A stretch of DNA of 64,000 nucleotides from Octopus sinensis (Eukaryota): NCBI RefSeq assembly GCF_006345805.1, contig NC_043003.1, positions 81,406,001 through 81,470,000 on the forward strand, in the 5' to 3' direction. The first letter of the stretch is position 1. Every line of letters starts with the position of its first letter. Below the pieces are notes generated by a model that was not told the DNA's origin, did no database searches, and worked only from the letters and a program-made list of their open reading frames with translations. The position numbers and the translations under genes were made by a program. This document shows positions 27,382 to 40,687 of this stretch, one piece after another.

Positions 27382-28012
27382 TCATTTAATACACACACAC
27401 ATGCATACATATATATAAACACACGCACATATGAACAGACATATAAAGTTTTATATTGTTACACAATCGTACACAGATAACAACTCACACACACACACAC
27501 ACAGATATCAGCAGATATTCCACACACAGTTCGTATGTTAAACATACAGATACCAACATGCACATTCTGTTATTGTTTCACACACATGCACACTCACACA
27601 TACATACACACACAGTCTCACACAGTTATGTGCACACACACAAACTCTCACAGTCTCATAGAGTTATGCCCACACACACCATCTCATACATTACATGCAC
27701 AAACAAAAACTCACACAGTCTCATACAGGTACGTGCATGCATGCATGCATGCACAAACACACACAGTCTTATACAGTTATGTCTACACACACAAACACAC
27801 AGTCTCATACAATTAGACGCATGCACACACACACACACACAAACACAGATACTACCAGATGATCAGTGTCATATTTTTCATTTATTTATTATTTATTGGA
27901 ATGCTAAAATCTTTGCAAGGCTAGTTGAAGGTAGAGGAGGGTGTTGCAGCTATAGCAGACTGACACATCAATCTTAACAAACCAATTTTATTAATACATG
28001 TATATATATGTA

Positions 28013-28058
<46 letters not shown>

Positions 28059-28144
28059 ATTTTTATTTTATCTAGTTTCAGCTCATGAGCTGTGGCCATG
28101 CTGGGGCACCGCCATATATATATATATATTATATACATATATTA

Positions 28145-28364
28145 CTCTTTTATTCTTTTACTTGTTTTAGTCATATGGCTGCGGCCATGCTGGAGCACCA
28201 CCTTTAGTTGAGCAAATTGATCCCAGGACTTATTCTTTGTAAGCCTAGTGCTAATTCTATTAGTCTCCTTTGCTGAACCGCTAAGTTACGGGGACGTAAA
28301 CACACCAGCATTGGTTGTCAAGCAAAGTTGCGGGAACAAACACAGACACACAAACACACATACA

Positions 28365-28415
<51 letters not shown>

Positions 28416-28510
28416 TATATATATACATATATACATATATACAACGGGCTTCTTTTAGTTTCTTTCTACCAAATCCACCCACAGGCTATAACCAAATCCA
28501 TCCACAAGGC
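28145..28510 (-). mobile_element. SINE family A, 3' part
   Basis: Family A tail and body motifs. Confidence 0.8.
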
Positions 28511-28835
28511 TATATATGTTTCAGTTGCCAAATCAGCACTACATACAGACCATGCTCATTTCATGTGGTGTTTCCTACCCAATCAGTTGATATCAATGTC
28601 TTGTCACATCATGAACATCACGCACAATGGCCTTGAAATTCCCACACTTCTCTCTATTTATTTAGTATAAGTCATGAACAGTTAAGTCAGAGGTAGATTA
28701 GACTCTATCAATAGCTCAGTCTCTACTCTCAACAAGCAAGCATATATATGATGTGCACAGCAGTTTTAGAAAAGCAATTAGCCATTTACAGCGTCTAGTT
28801 TCCTATGCTGAATCCTACTAGAAGTGAAAGGAATT

Positions 28836-29268
28836 CATCATCATTATCATCATCGTTTAATGTCCACATTCTATGCTAGCATGGGTTGGACGATTTGAGT
28901 GAGGTCTGGCAAACCAGATGGCTGCACCAGACTCCAATCTGATCTGGCAGAGTTTCTACAGCTGGATGCCCTTCCTAACGCCAACCACTCCAAGAGTGTA
29001 GTGGGTGCTTTTACGTGCCACCGGCACGAGGGACAGTCAGGCAGTACTGGCAATAGCCACACTCAAATGGTGCTTTTTATGTGCCACCTGCACAGGAGCC
29101 AGTCCAGCAGCACTGGCAACGACCTCGCTCGAATGGTTTTTCACGTGCCACCAGCACAAGTGATGCAGGTAACAATCACGCTCGAATGGTGTTTTTAATG
29201 TACCATCGGCTCGGGGGCCAGCTTGTTGCTCTGGCCTCAATCTCACTCGTATCGTACTCTTAGTGCCC
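28836..29268 (-). mobile_element. RTE-tail element with internal ~55-65 bp tandem units
   Basis: Minus strand ggcgttaggaagggcatccagctgtagaaac..taaacgatgatg tail; four degenerate ttttacgtgccacc.gcac units at about 29005-29230. Confidence 0.65.
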
Positions 29269-29276
29269 CACTAGCA

Positions 29277-29578
29277 AAGATGTTCTTTCTTGAGCCACAC
29301 CTGCCTCATACAGGCTGGTTTCCCAGTTTCCTTGGCATATAGGTTCCCCACCAGGACAGGATGCCGGTCTGTCGCAGGTTAGCTGCACGATGCAGGAGGA
29401 AAGAGTGAGAGATAGTTGTGGCGAAAGGGTCGGCATAAGTTCGCCATTACCTTCTGCCAGACCCACGTGGAGCTTAGGTGTTTCACTCATAAAAACAAAC
29501 ATCGCCCGGTCTGAGATTCGAACCCGCAATCCCTCAACCGTGAGTCCGCTACTCTAACCACTAGGCCATATGCCTCCA
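29277..29578 (-). mobile_element. SINE family B with TSD
   Basis: tRNA head tggcctagtggttagag..ggttcgaatc; 8-bp TSD cactagca at 29269-76 and 29579-86. Confidence 0.85.
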
Positions 29579-30037
29579 CACTAGCACGGATGCTAGTCAT
29601 TGAATTTGCTTCATAATTTTGAACCAACACTTTCCAGCCTCTCAAGCTTTACTAATCACTACTATATTAGGTACACTGAAGCTTCATTCCAGCCTCCTAC
29701 ATGTCCACCGGCAATCATTAGAAATTTATACATAAATGTACAATAAACCTCACAATAAATATATTTTATTATGTTCACTTTTGTCATGTATGAATAACAC
29801 ACAGCTTAGCCAAGCTTATAAACAACTGTTCATAACAACATAGCATGAAAATGAAGACAAAATCTTAAAAACAGCCATACCCGTGCCTGGTAGCCATGTA
29901 CATATATTTAGTATATGTTTATGTGGGTGCATGCTGCATGCATGTGGAGAGGAGTGTGTGTGTGTGTGTGTGTGCGTGTTTGTAAGTGGGTGTGTGTATG
30001 TTTGTGTGTGTGTGTGTGTCTGTGTGCGTGTACATTC

Positions 30038-30068
<31 letters not shown>

Positions 30069-30384
30069 TGTCTGTGTATTTCATGTTACAGCCTGTTTCT
30101 GCATGTGCAAGTGTGGGTGTGTTTGTTTATCCATATTTTTGAAATCACATGTTAGTTGCAAACCTCTGTCACCACAATTTATATAAGTGTTGTTTGATTC
30201 CAATCTTCCTACGAAATATGTATAGTTGTAATGAAAACTAATGCTGTGTGCCTGGGAGCTGGCGAATATTCATAACAAGAAAGGCATTTGAGTATACAGA
30301 ATTTATTTCAATGAAAGTATGAAAATGTGGATATTAATATATTAATTGTGAGTGAATTTGATGGAGCAAAATTAAGAGAAGCTC

Positions 30385-30411
30385 ATTGTGTGTGTATATA
30401 TATATGTATGA

Positions 30412-30456
<45 letters not shown>

Positions 30457-30783
30457 ATATGAGTGTGTGTGTGTGTGTGTGTATGTATATACATATATAT
30501 GTGTGTGTGTGAGTATGAATGTATATATATACATATGTGTGTGTGAGTATGAATGTATATATATATATGTGTGTGTGAGTATGAATGTATATATGTATAT
30601 ATGCATAAATGTATATGTATATATGCATAAATGTATATGTATATATGTATATGTATATATATATGTATATATATATATGTATATGCATATATATATATAT
30701 ATATGTATATATGTATATATGTATATGCATATATGTATATATATATGTATGTACATATGTGTATATGTATATGTATATATATA

Positions 30784-30816
<33 letters not shown>

Positions 30817-31144
30817 GTGTATATATGTATGTATATATATGTATGTAATATATATGTATATATATATGTATGTATATATATATGTATATATATATGTATA
30901 TATTTATATATATGTATATATATATGTATATAGATGTATATATATGTGTATATATATATGTATATATATATATGTGTATATATATATATGTGTATATATA
31001 TATGTATATATATATAGTGTATATATATATATATATGTGTGTGTATTATATATATATATTGTGTATATATATATATATATGTGTATATATATATATGTGT
31101 GTATATATATATATGTGTGTGTATATATATATATTATATATATA

Positions 31145-31190
<46 letters not shown>
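30385..31190. repeat. Long (TA)n/(TG)n microsatellite
   Basis: Directly visible, about 800 bp. Confidence 0.95.
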
Positions 31191-31191
<1 letters not shown>

Positions 31192-31540
31192 AGGATAAGA
31201 TCGTTAATTTAAATATTGATCTTATTAAGTGGCCAGCATAGGAATAAAAACCTTCAAAATTATAATTTAAGGTATCTAAGAGATACCACCATGCTGGAAA
31301 TAGTAGTCAAAACCTCACTGTAAAACAACTACTCATAACAACATAGCATGAAAATGGAGACAAAGTCTTAAAAACATCCATACCTGTGCCTGGTGGCCAT
31401 ATATATATATATTTAATATATGTTTATGTGGGTGCATGTTTGCATGTATGTGTAGAATTTAATGTGGTTTTTAGAGTCAGGTTTTGACTGCTAATTCCAG
31501 CATGGTGGTATCTCTTAGATACCCTAAATTATAATTTTAT
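31191..31540. mobile_element. Family R repeat, inverted pair with captured spacer
   Basis: About 31256-31325 is the reverse complement of about 31468-31538; the spacer copies about 29820-29950. Confidence 0.7.
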
Positions 31541-31907
31541 ACACACACGTATATGTACATATATATACGTATATATATCTTTGTGTCTGTGTTTGTCTCT
31601 CATCACCACTTGACAACAGTTGTTGGTGTGTTTATATCCCTATAACCTAGCAAATTGGCAAAAGTGACCAACAGTACAAGCTTTAGACAAAAAAAAAAGA
31701 AAAATGTACTGGGATTGGTTTGTTCCACTAAGGTTCTTCAAGATGGTGCTTCAGCATGGCCAAAATGACTGAAACAAGTAAAAGATATGTATTTAGTTCA
31801 TATGTATGTTTATATACATGTAGACATGTGTGTATAAATATACATACATTCATACACACAAACATATATATATATACATTTTTGGAATAACATCATATAT
31901 TATATGT

Positions 31908-32155
31908 GTGGAGGCACGTGGCTTAGTGGTTAGGGTGTTGAATTCATGATCGTAAGGTTGTGGTTTCGATTCCTGGACCAGGCGATGCATTGTGTTCTTG
32001 AGCAAGACACTTTATTTTCATGTTGCTTCAGTCCACTCAGCTGGAAAAAATGAGTAATCCTGCGATGGGCCGGCTCCGTCCAGGTGGGGAATTTCTACAC
32101 CACTGAAACCGGGAAACCGGCCCTTATGAGCCTGGCATTGCTTGAGAAGGAACAT
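31908..32155 (+). mobile_element. SINE family B
   Basis: gtggaggcacgtggcttagtggttaggg..ggtttcgattcc head. Confidence 0.8.
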
Positions 32156-32409
32156 ATTACATGTACCTGAACAATCTTAATTCAGTTTTCATCACAACTG
32201 TCCAACAAACAGGAACATGAAACTCTGAGTAAGAGTTCTATGTTAATTTTGCAGCTTTAATGAAAAGTGTGTTTGTGTGTGTGCGTATCGTTGCAAATAT
32301 ACATACCTAGCCATATGTATCAGTTATGTACCCATATATTTAGCGCTTCATCTGTCTTTGTCTATCTTTTTGTCTTTTTGTCTATATAACTAGCAAATTA
32401 TTTATGTAT

Positions 32410-32828
32410 AGATGTAGGAGTGGCTGTGTGGTAAGTAGCTTGTTTACCAACCACATGGTTCCAGGTTCAGTCCCACTGTGTGGCATCTTGGGCAAGTGTC
32501 TTCAACTCTAGCCTCGGGTCGATCAAAGCCTTGTGAGTGGATTTGGTAGAAGGAAACTGAAAGAAGCCCATCGTATATATGTATATATATATATATATAT
32601 GTGTGTGTACATGTTTGTGTGTGTGCGTTTGTCGCCCCAACATCACTTGACAGACGATGTTGGTGTGTTTACGTCACTGTAACTTAACGGTTTGGCAAAA
32701 GAGACTGATAGAATAAGTACTAGACTTACAAAGAATAAGCCCTGGGTTCGATTTTCTCGACTAAAGGTGGAGCTCCAGCATAGCCACAGTCAAATGACCG
32801 AAACAAGTAAAAGAGTAAAGAGAGAGAA
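32410..32828 (+). mobile_element. SINE family A, full-length
   Basis: Matches the family A head, body and tail. Confidence 0.85.
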
Positions 32829-32911
32829 AAGAAAGTATTTATTTATCTCACTCACTTCTCCCTCTCTCCGTCTATTTCTCATTTTTTCTGCTCTCTTGTC
32901 TCTCTCTCACT

Positions 32912-33710
32912 CCACACACACACACACACATACATTCATATCTCACTTTTGATTTTTCAGTGTTCCAAAAGTTAAATATAAGTTTTTTTTCTTATTTAAC
33001 ACAAAATTATCATATAGATGGCTTCTCACACAGACACAGATTTTATTTCAATTACAATTTCTGACTTACAGATTAACTCAGAATGCATTGGCTACCTACT
33101 TCAGGGCTATAATGAAAAAAAAAAAATGAAAAAAAAAAGAGGGAAACACTTGCCAAAAGTTCTGCAGACTAGGAATGAACCACGCACAACTTGTTTGAGA
33201 AAAATGAACTTCTTAACAAGACAGTCATGTTTGTTCAAATAATGTGTGTGTATCTGTATGAGTGAATGTCCTTGTGGGCAGTTTTGCATGTGTGTGCACA
33301 CACAGACACAAACACACACACACACACACATACATTCATATCTCACTTTTGATTTTTCAGTGTTCCAAAAGTTAAATATAAGTTTTTTTTCTTATTTAAC
33401 ACAAAATTATCATATAGATGGCTTCTCACACAGACACAGATTTTATTTCAATTACAATTTCTGACTTACAGATTAACTCAGAATGCATTGGCTACCTACT
33501 TCAGGGCTATAATGAAAAAAAAAAAATGAAAAAAAAAAGAGGGAAACACTTGCCAAAAGTTCTGCAGACTAGGAATGAACCACGCACAACTTGTTTGAGA
33601 AAAATGAACTTCTTAACAAGACAGTCATGTTTGTTCAAATAATGTGTGTGTATCTGTATGAGTGAATGTCCTTGTGGGCAGTTTTGCATGTGTGTGCACA
33701 CACAGACACA
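32912..33710. repeat. Tandem duplication with 400-bp period, bounded by (CA)n
   Basis: tacattcatatctcac at 32931 and 33331; identical ORFs at 33018 and 33418. Confidence 0.95.
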
Positions 33711-33711
33711 A

Positions 33712-33798
<87 letters not shown>

Positions 33799-33944
33799 CA
33801 TATAGGGAAGATTCATGTTTTGCATAAATTTATAAAATCTTGGATATTATTGCATTCCAAATTGTACAATGCAAAATGATAATAATAGACTTGTTACTCA
33901 AAGACATGAGGTAATTCCTATATTATCCATTCGGCATATACTTA

Positions 33945-33988
33945 TATACGCATACACACACACACACACATATATATGTATGTGTGCA

Positions 33989-34019
<31 letters not shown>

Positions 34020-34048
34020 ATGTATGTATACATATATATGCATACATG

Positions 34049-34096
<48 letters not shown>

Positions 34097-34697
34097 ACAT
34101 ATGCATATATATATATGTATAACATTTGTTTAATGTCAAGTTATATAGAAAAAAATATTAACATTAAACTGAAGCATACTTCATTAATTTTTTAGAAAAG
34201 TATATACTTTTATCATAATTTTGAAGTTTAAACTTGTTTTCTATGCTCATATATATATATATTATATATATATACATATATACATACACATATATATACA
34301 TACAATATATATATATACATATATATATATATATGTATGTATATATATATATGTATATATATATATAATATATATATACATGTATGTATATATATATATA
34401 TGTATGTATATATATATATATAACATATATATATATATATATATATACATACACATATATACATACACATATATATACATACATATATATATATACATAT
34501 ATATATATCTATATATATATATAATACATATATATATATATATATATACACATATATATGCATATATATACATATATATATACATATATGCATATATATA
34601 CATATATACACATATACATATATACACATATACATACATATATATACTTACATATATATATACATATATGCATATATATACATATATACACATATAC

Positions 34698-34728
<31 letters not shown>

Positions 34729-34885
34729 CATATATATATAACCATATATATATATATATACATATATACATATATATATATATATGAACATATATATATA
34801 CATATACATATATATGTGTATGCGTTTATATATGTATTCATGTGTGTGTATCTGTGTGTACATATATATAATATATATATATATG
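33945..34885. repeat. Long (TA)n/(CA)n microsatellite region
   Basis: Directly visible. Confidence 0.9.
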
Positions 34886-35551
34886 TGTGTATATATGTAT
34901 TTACATTTACAATGAGGATATTTAAACCTCTTATAGGGATATTTTATGCAAGATACACTGGTTTGATATGTTATAGATTGAAGAGATATTTTTTCAATGA
35001 ATATATTATATAAGGTATTGTAAAATATCAAACATTATTATTGAGTTAGAAACCAGAGAGATTTAATGGATACAATTAAATTTATTAATTTTTTATTATA
35101 AATAAATGCATAGTTTTGCAATTGAAATACCTTGTATGGAAAATCATCAGGGTGTACTCTCAATCCACTTATATTATGAATGAAATAAGTGGAGAGCACA
35201 CACAAAGATGGAAAGTGTTGCTAAAGAGGTCACAGATGTGTGACGAAAGATTTCCAGGCAATGGATATGAGTTAGAATAAGGGCATTAATAGAAAAGTAA
35301 AGAATGAATATTTAGTGCTTGTGTTTATTTAGCAAAAAAGAAAAAAATGCAATCCTGAAATACAATATATCTAAATATATATATTTATATAGAGGTAAAC
35401 TTTCTATAACATCTGCTCTCCTCTTTAACAATTATATATACATATATACATCCTGGTCATGGCAGGCCTTCCGTTACTTCAAATGGCGGTGCCCCAGCAT
35501 GGTCACAGCTCATGAGCTGAAACTAGAATCAATCAATCATATACATGTATG

Positions 35552-35603
<52 letters not shown>

Positions 35604-36309
35604 AATAGAGAAAGAGAGCTAGCTAGATAGATTGATAGATAGACAGAGTGAAGGCACATGGCTGAATGATAAGCGTAATCAGCTTACAAACGTGGGGTAA
35701 TGATTTCAATTTCTGCTGGCACTTTGAGTTGTGTCCCTGGGCAAGACACTTTATTTCATGTTGCTCCATCACACCCAGCTGACAAAAATGGGGTGTAACT
35801 GTAATTCAAAGGACCAACTTTGTCATAACCAAAAGAGTGCCAGATGAATAGATAGATAAATACATACATACACATATATATGTATATACATACACACATA
35901 TATATATATATAGAAAGAGAGAGAGAGATATGCAGCATGAAGCTTTGTCAGTGAACAGGTCGCGGTCTCAAAATGACGAAAATATTTTGACAAATTAAAT
36001 TTAAATGTTGAAGTGAATCTAACGCTTTTGTGTGTTTCTTAAATGGCTTATAAACACCTTCCATGCTGCAATTGTTATTGTATATATATATATATATATG
36101 TATGTATCTATCTATAGATGCATCATATAGATTTTTATGTATGTGTCAAGAGTAATTGAATCCTTAAATTGTGTGACAAATAACTAATATTTGGAACTGC
36201 AGTGTATTCCCATTCATATTATTGCATTTGTATCCTTTGTTATGACTCCTGGGTTTCAGTATTTCACAGAATACATTGTATGAACATCATCTTTGCAATC
36301 CAATAATAT

Positions 36310-36379
<70 letters not shown>

Positions 36380-37030
36380 TTACATACACACACACATATA
36401 TATATATAAGTTTCACAGCTATGATAATTTGACAATAAGACTTGATTATGTAATTTATGTTGTGTATGTAATAATCACCTTAAATAAATGAAACATATGG
36501 AAGATGGTGTAACTAAACATGTTATAAACAATCTTTCATGTTTTGTTTTATTTACATGTATGTATATGTGTGTGTGCATGTAAATAATGTACAGAATTAT
36601 ATATTTCATCTGTGTTTATATGTCTATGCTTGTGTGTTTAGATACACATATAGCTATATGCAAACATATATCCATTCTCACACGCCTACAAGACTATCTT
36701 GGGTGTATGCTTGTATGTATGTATGTACCTGTTTGTAATGTCTATTTATGTTTCTGTATGCATATGTAAACCTTCTCCAATATATCTTACATGTAAGTGA
36801 AGAAAAAAATATTGTAAAATACACTTTACTTATTGAATTCCCATAGGTTTTCTGTAGGTTCTCAAAATATGAACTGACCATGTGTATTATAAACATGTTT
36901 ACAAGTTTATAACATTCTCACAATGTCTTCTTACTCACTACAAACTGATATCATAATAACTTGTTAACTAACTTGTTGTAGCTAATTATGTCTCAGGTGG
37001 TGTCTGTATTGAAGAGTCTAGATACCTTGT

Positions 37031-37243
37031 ACCTTTAGCATTCAACCTGGCCCTATCCAGCCAAAATATTAAACTAATTTTCTGTTAAAACTGGCAAGAT
37101 CTGGCCATTCACACCTATCCTACAATGTTATTAATGTAAGCAATCATATGGAAGTCTCTTAGCTACAAAATAATGAATAATTAATTCAAAATAATGTGAA
37201 TAAATAAGCATTGCATTTGAGAGAATGATCTGAAGCTAAAGGG
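37031..37243. mobile_element. Decayed piggyBac-like MITE
   Basis: Ends (a)cctttagcattca and tgaagctaaaggg-tcaa resemble CCCTTTAGC TIRs with eroded TTAA sites. Confidence 0.5.
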
Positions 37244-37589
37244 TCAAGCTTATGCAGTGCCTTATAATCTAGAAAACTGAGGTAGTGACAAATATCTGCG
37301 TCATAACTTTTTTCTCCCATACTACATGTGAGCAGCCATGCCAGTCCCTCTGCAGGAAACTGCTGTGCATCGCAGTTTAAACTGTCAAATGAAATTCACC
37401 GAGGCAGATTGTTCTATGGCCAGATACTCTCACTGTCTTCAGCATCCACTTGTGTCCAAGCACGGTAACATTTCTCTTAGTCTTTGAAACATGAGCATCT
37501 CAACGGCTGCACATGCTTTCACAGAAGTTTACAAACGAATGATACTGCTTCTATGAGAGTAACATTTGTTTACATTTAAAATGATATGC

Positions 37590-37824
37590 CAAGGCAAGAG
37601 ATACCCATGCATTCAGATGATGATGTCAAACATGCCTTCCAAGATTTTATTGATTCTAGATTGCCAAGCTTTTACAGTTCCAGGCTGGAGAAGCTACCAC
37701 TGAAATGGCAAAAGTGTATTGACAATATGGGTGCATACTTTGATGAAGAAAACTATTCCTTGTATTTATAAAACACTAGGAAACTTTCTTTTCTTTTCTA
37801 CAAATTTCATATTTGATGACCTAA
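37590..37824 (+). mobile_element. mariner 3' end fragment
   Basis: DDVKHAFQDFIDSR..FYSSRLEKLPLKWQKCIDNMGAYFD followed by a TIR-like atttgatgacctaa-TA. Confidence 0.8.
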
Positions 37825-37869
37825 TAGTTGGTGGGAATCTCTTGTTCTAGGATTGCATGGTTGTAGCCT

Positions 37870-38476
37870 TCAAAGTGATATGTCATAAACTTGTCAGTAC
37901 TCCATGTCAAACTTTGTCTTTTATATACCAAGTACCACTGTGCCATCTTCTCAGTGAGCTGGTCCTTTTTTTTTTATTCTGTTGTTCGGATAAATAAATT
38001 TTACCAATGGTCCTTGGGAAGAGATCTCTATTAGCTTGTATCTCATACTTTTCCTCAAATTCATTAGCTATCCTAATTATGCTGTTGATTTCATTGTCAC
38101 AAACTTGAGTAATACTGGTCTCTTTTCTCTGCAGCAGATGTAGTTTTAGTTTCACAATACATGCTTCATATGACATCAATTCAGATTTGATACCATGGCC
38201 ACCATCCATGCATGGAAAGTATAGCTTGTCTATATCTCCATTGATGTTGAAATCTTGTGTAACACTGAGCAGCTTCTAAGTTCAAACATCCATCTCATTG
38301 AGATGCAATTCCATCTTACCTCCAGCTTGCTCAGGTGTTATAATGTTGTTGGTAGCACGATGATTCTGCAAGAACAAATTGAGGTACCTAGCATATAATT
38401 TGTACATGATGTTCTGGCTGGTTATTGAGCAGCAAATTTTAGCAAGGGTGGTTTGGTTATTTTGGGGATCTGGAGA

Positions 38477-38478
<2 letters not shown>
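37870..38478 (-). pseudogene. Internally deleted R4-like (RLE-type) LINE fragment
   Basis: NIMYKLYARYLN..NNIITPEQAGGK (start of RT) joined at about 38310 to DIDKLYFPCMDGGHGI (a LY.PR..GGRGL-like post-RT motif). Confidence 0.65.
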
Positions 38479-38507
<29 letters not shown>

Positions 38508-38833
38508 TGTATGTATGTATGTATGTATGTATGTATGTGTGTATGTATGTATGTATGTATGTATGTATGTATGTATGTATGTGTGCACGTGTGTGTGTAT
38601 ATGAATGTACATATATATGCACATATGTATGTGTGTATGCATGTATGTACGTATGCATGTGTATATGTATGTATATATGTCTGAACCATATAAGCATAGA
38701 AATGTGGATGTTAGGTAATTTTGATTATATGATGATATTATATGATATATATATAAACATATATATATCATATAATCAGGATTACTTAACATCCACATTT
38801 CCATGCTTATATGCTTATATATATATATACACG

Positions 38834-38889
<56 letters not shown>

Positions 38890-40634
38890 ATTTAAGATTT
38901 TTAATTCTCACTATTACACCTTAGTATGTGCTGTATGTCTGTGTCTGTGTGTATGTATGTGTGGTATAGTCTGAGATGTAATGCAGTGAGTTAGAAATAT
39001 TTTATTAACTCACACTGAAGATAGAATAAAATGAAAAACATGCCAGTTGCTTTCAATCACTATATCAACTATATTGTTGTCATTTCCCCAAAAGTTAAAA
39101 TCACTGATATTTTTAGTGTTTTCTCTCCTGTTTATCAGTCGTATGTCTTATTTTTTTTTATTTCAAACACCTTTGGAGAGCATTTTTGTCGTTTAATTAC
39201 AAGAATAATCTCAGTTTACTGAAATTTTTCAAATCATTTTATTACATATGTGAGTTTGTACAATATGTATATTTAGTAAGCAAAATGTGTCCTCAGAGTA
39301 TTTTCTCACAATTTTAGACTTTGCATATATATATATGTTTTATTGTGTTTACACACATAAACTTTACAAAAATGTAATTGTTAATACTTATCTGATTTTA
39401 CACTGCACTGGCAGGAAAAGTTAATGAATATTGCTCTTCATATTGAGATAAGGTGTAGCAAAAAACTAAAACAGAAAAAGAAAAAAGAAATGGTTTTGAG
39501 AATTACATTATATATTTTCCCTAGTCAATCCATGTTTTCTGATTTGTACCAGTAGTTGCTATAAAATGCCATTTTTTTCAGTAACAAGATGTGTAATTGA
39601 TTTAGTTCTGTGAAATTGTTTTATGACGATATGTCTGCAATATTAACTATTTTTCTATAGAAGAAGAACAGAAATCCATTTGCTTTCCATATGTATGGAA
39701 AGTAAATTGATTCTACAAACTGTAAATTGGCTATACATGAAGTATAAACTTCTTGCTGAAGAAATAAGATTATTGTACAAGGCTACTAGTTTTGTTTCAG
39801 TGAAAACACCAGGCATAGTGAGACTTGGATAATTAGAAATGTAGCTGGTGTATTCATTCTTTAATGATGATAACAATAATAACAACCACAGAAAGAACAT
39901 AATTTGACAGAAGTAATACTTTGACGTCTGTAAGTGCATTGTTAAAGCTGGAAGACAAATCTAATGGCTCATTGAAGAGATAACTAGATAGCTAGATATG
40001 GAAGAAGGTAATAAAAAAAAATAAACGAATTCTATTGAAGACAGATTAATGACAGAGATCAGAGAATGGAGGGTGAATGAAGAATGAAAGGAGCAGATAG
40101 AGGGGGAACCCAGATATAAAGAGTGGCATTATGGGAAAGATGACAATTAAAATGCAAGAGGACCTAAAGAATATGACAATGGAGACAAACAATGAAAGAA
40201 AGAAAGAAAGAAAGAAAAAAAAACAATTTCAGAAAATGATGAGAAAAAGAACTTGGAACAATAAATGGGAACGGTGTAGGAAGATGGGGGTAAAAAAAAT
40301 TATAAAAGTGGGAAGTTAAAAAATTAGAAACAGACAGGAAATGGAGAGATGTGTTCTGCTGCAAGAGAAAGAGAGTGAGTGCAGTAAGGAAAAATAGTTG
40401 AATTCCTGGAAGCTTAAAAATTGCATCGATGGAATGGAACTATGAGTGAAACTTCTGTTATTGTGATTCTGTATTCTGCAATAAAATTAATCAAATTCTT
40501 TAAGTTATTGTTTAGATAATTGAATTAATAAATAAAGATAACAGTGAATGTATTTAATTAACTACCCAATTCTACTGCTCTTTAGCTGCTGATCCCTACA
40601 ATATATATATATATGTTTATATGCATATATACAT

Positions 40635-40687
<53 letters not shown>

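Noticed and set aside
25350-31312. GCTAGAAA..AG motif resembling an sgRNA scaffold, and the 29005-29230 units as a CRISPR array
   Set aside because: Eukaryotic repeat context, degenerate units, no unique spacers and no cas genes.
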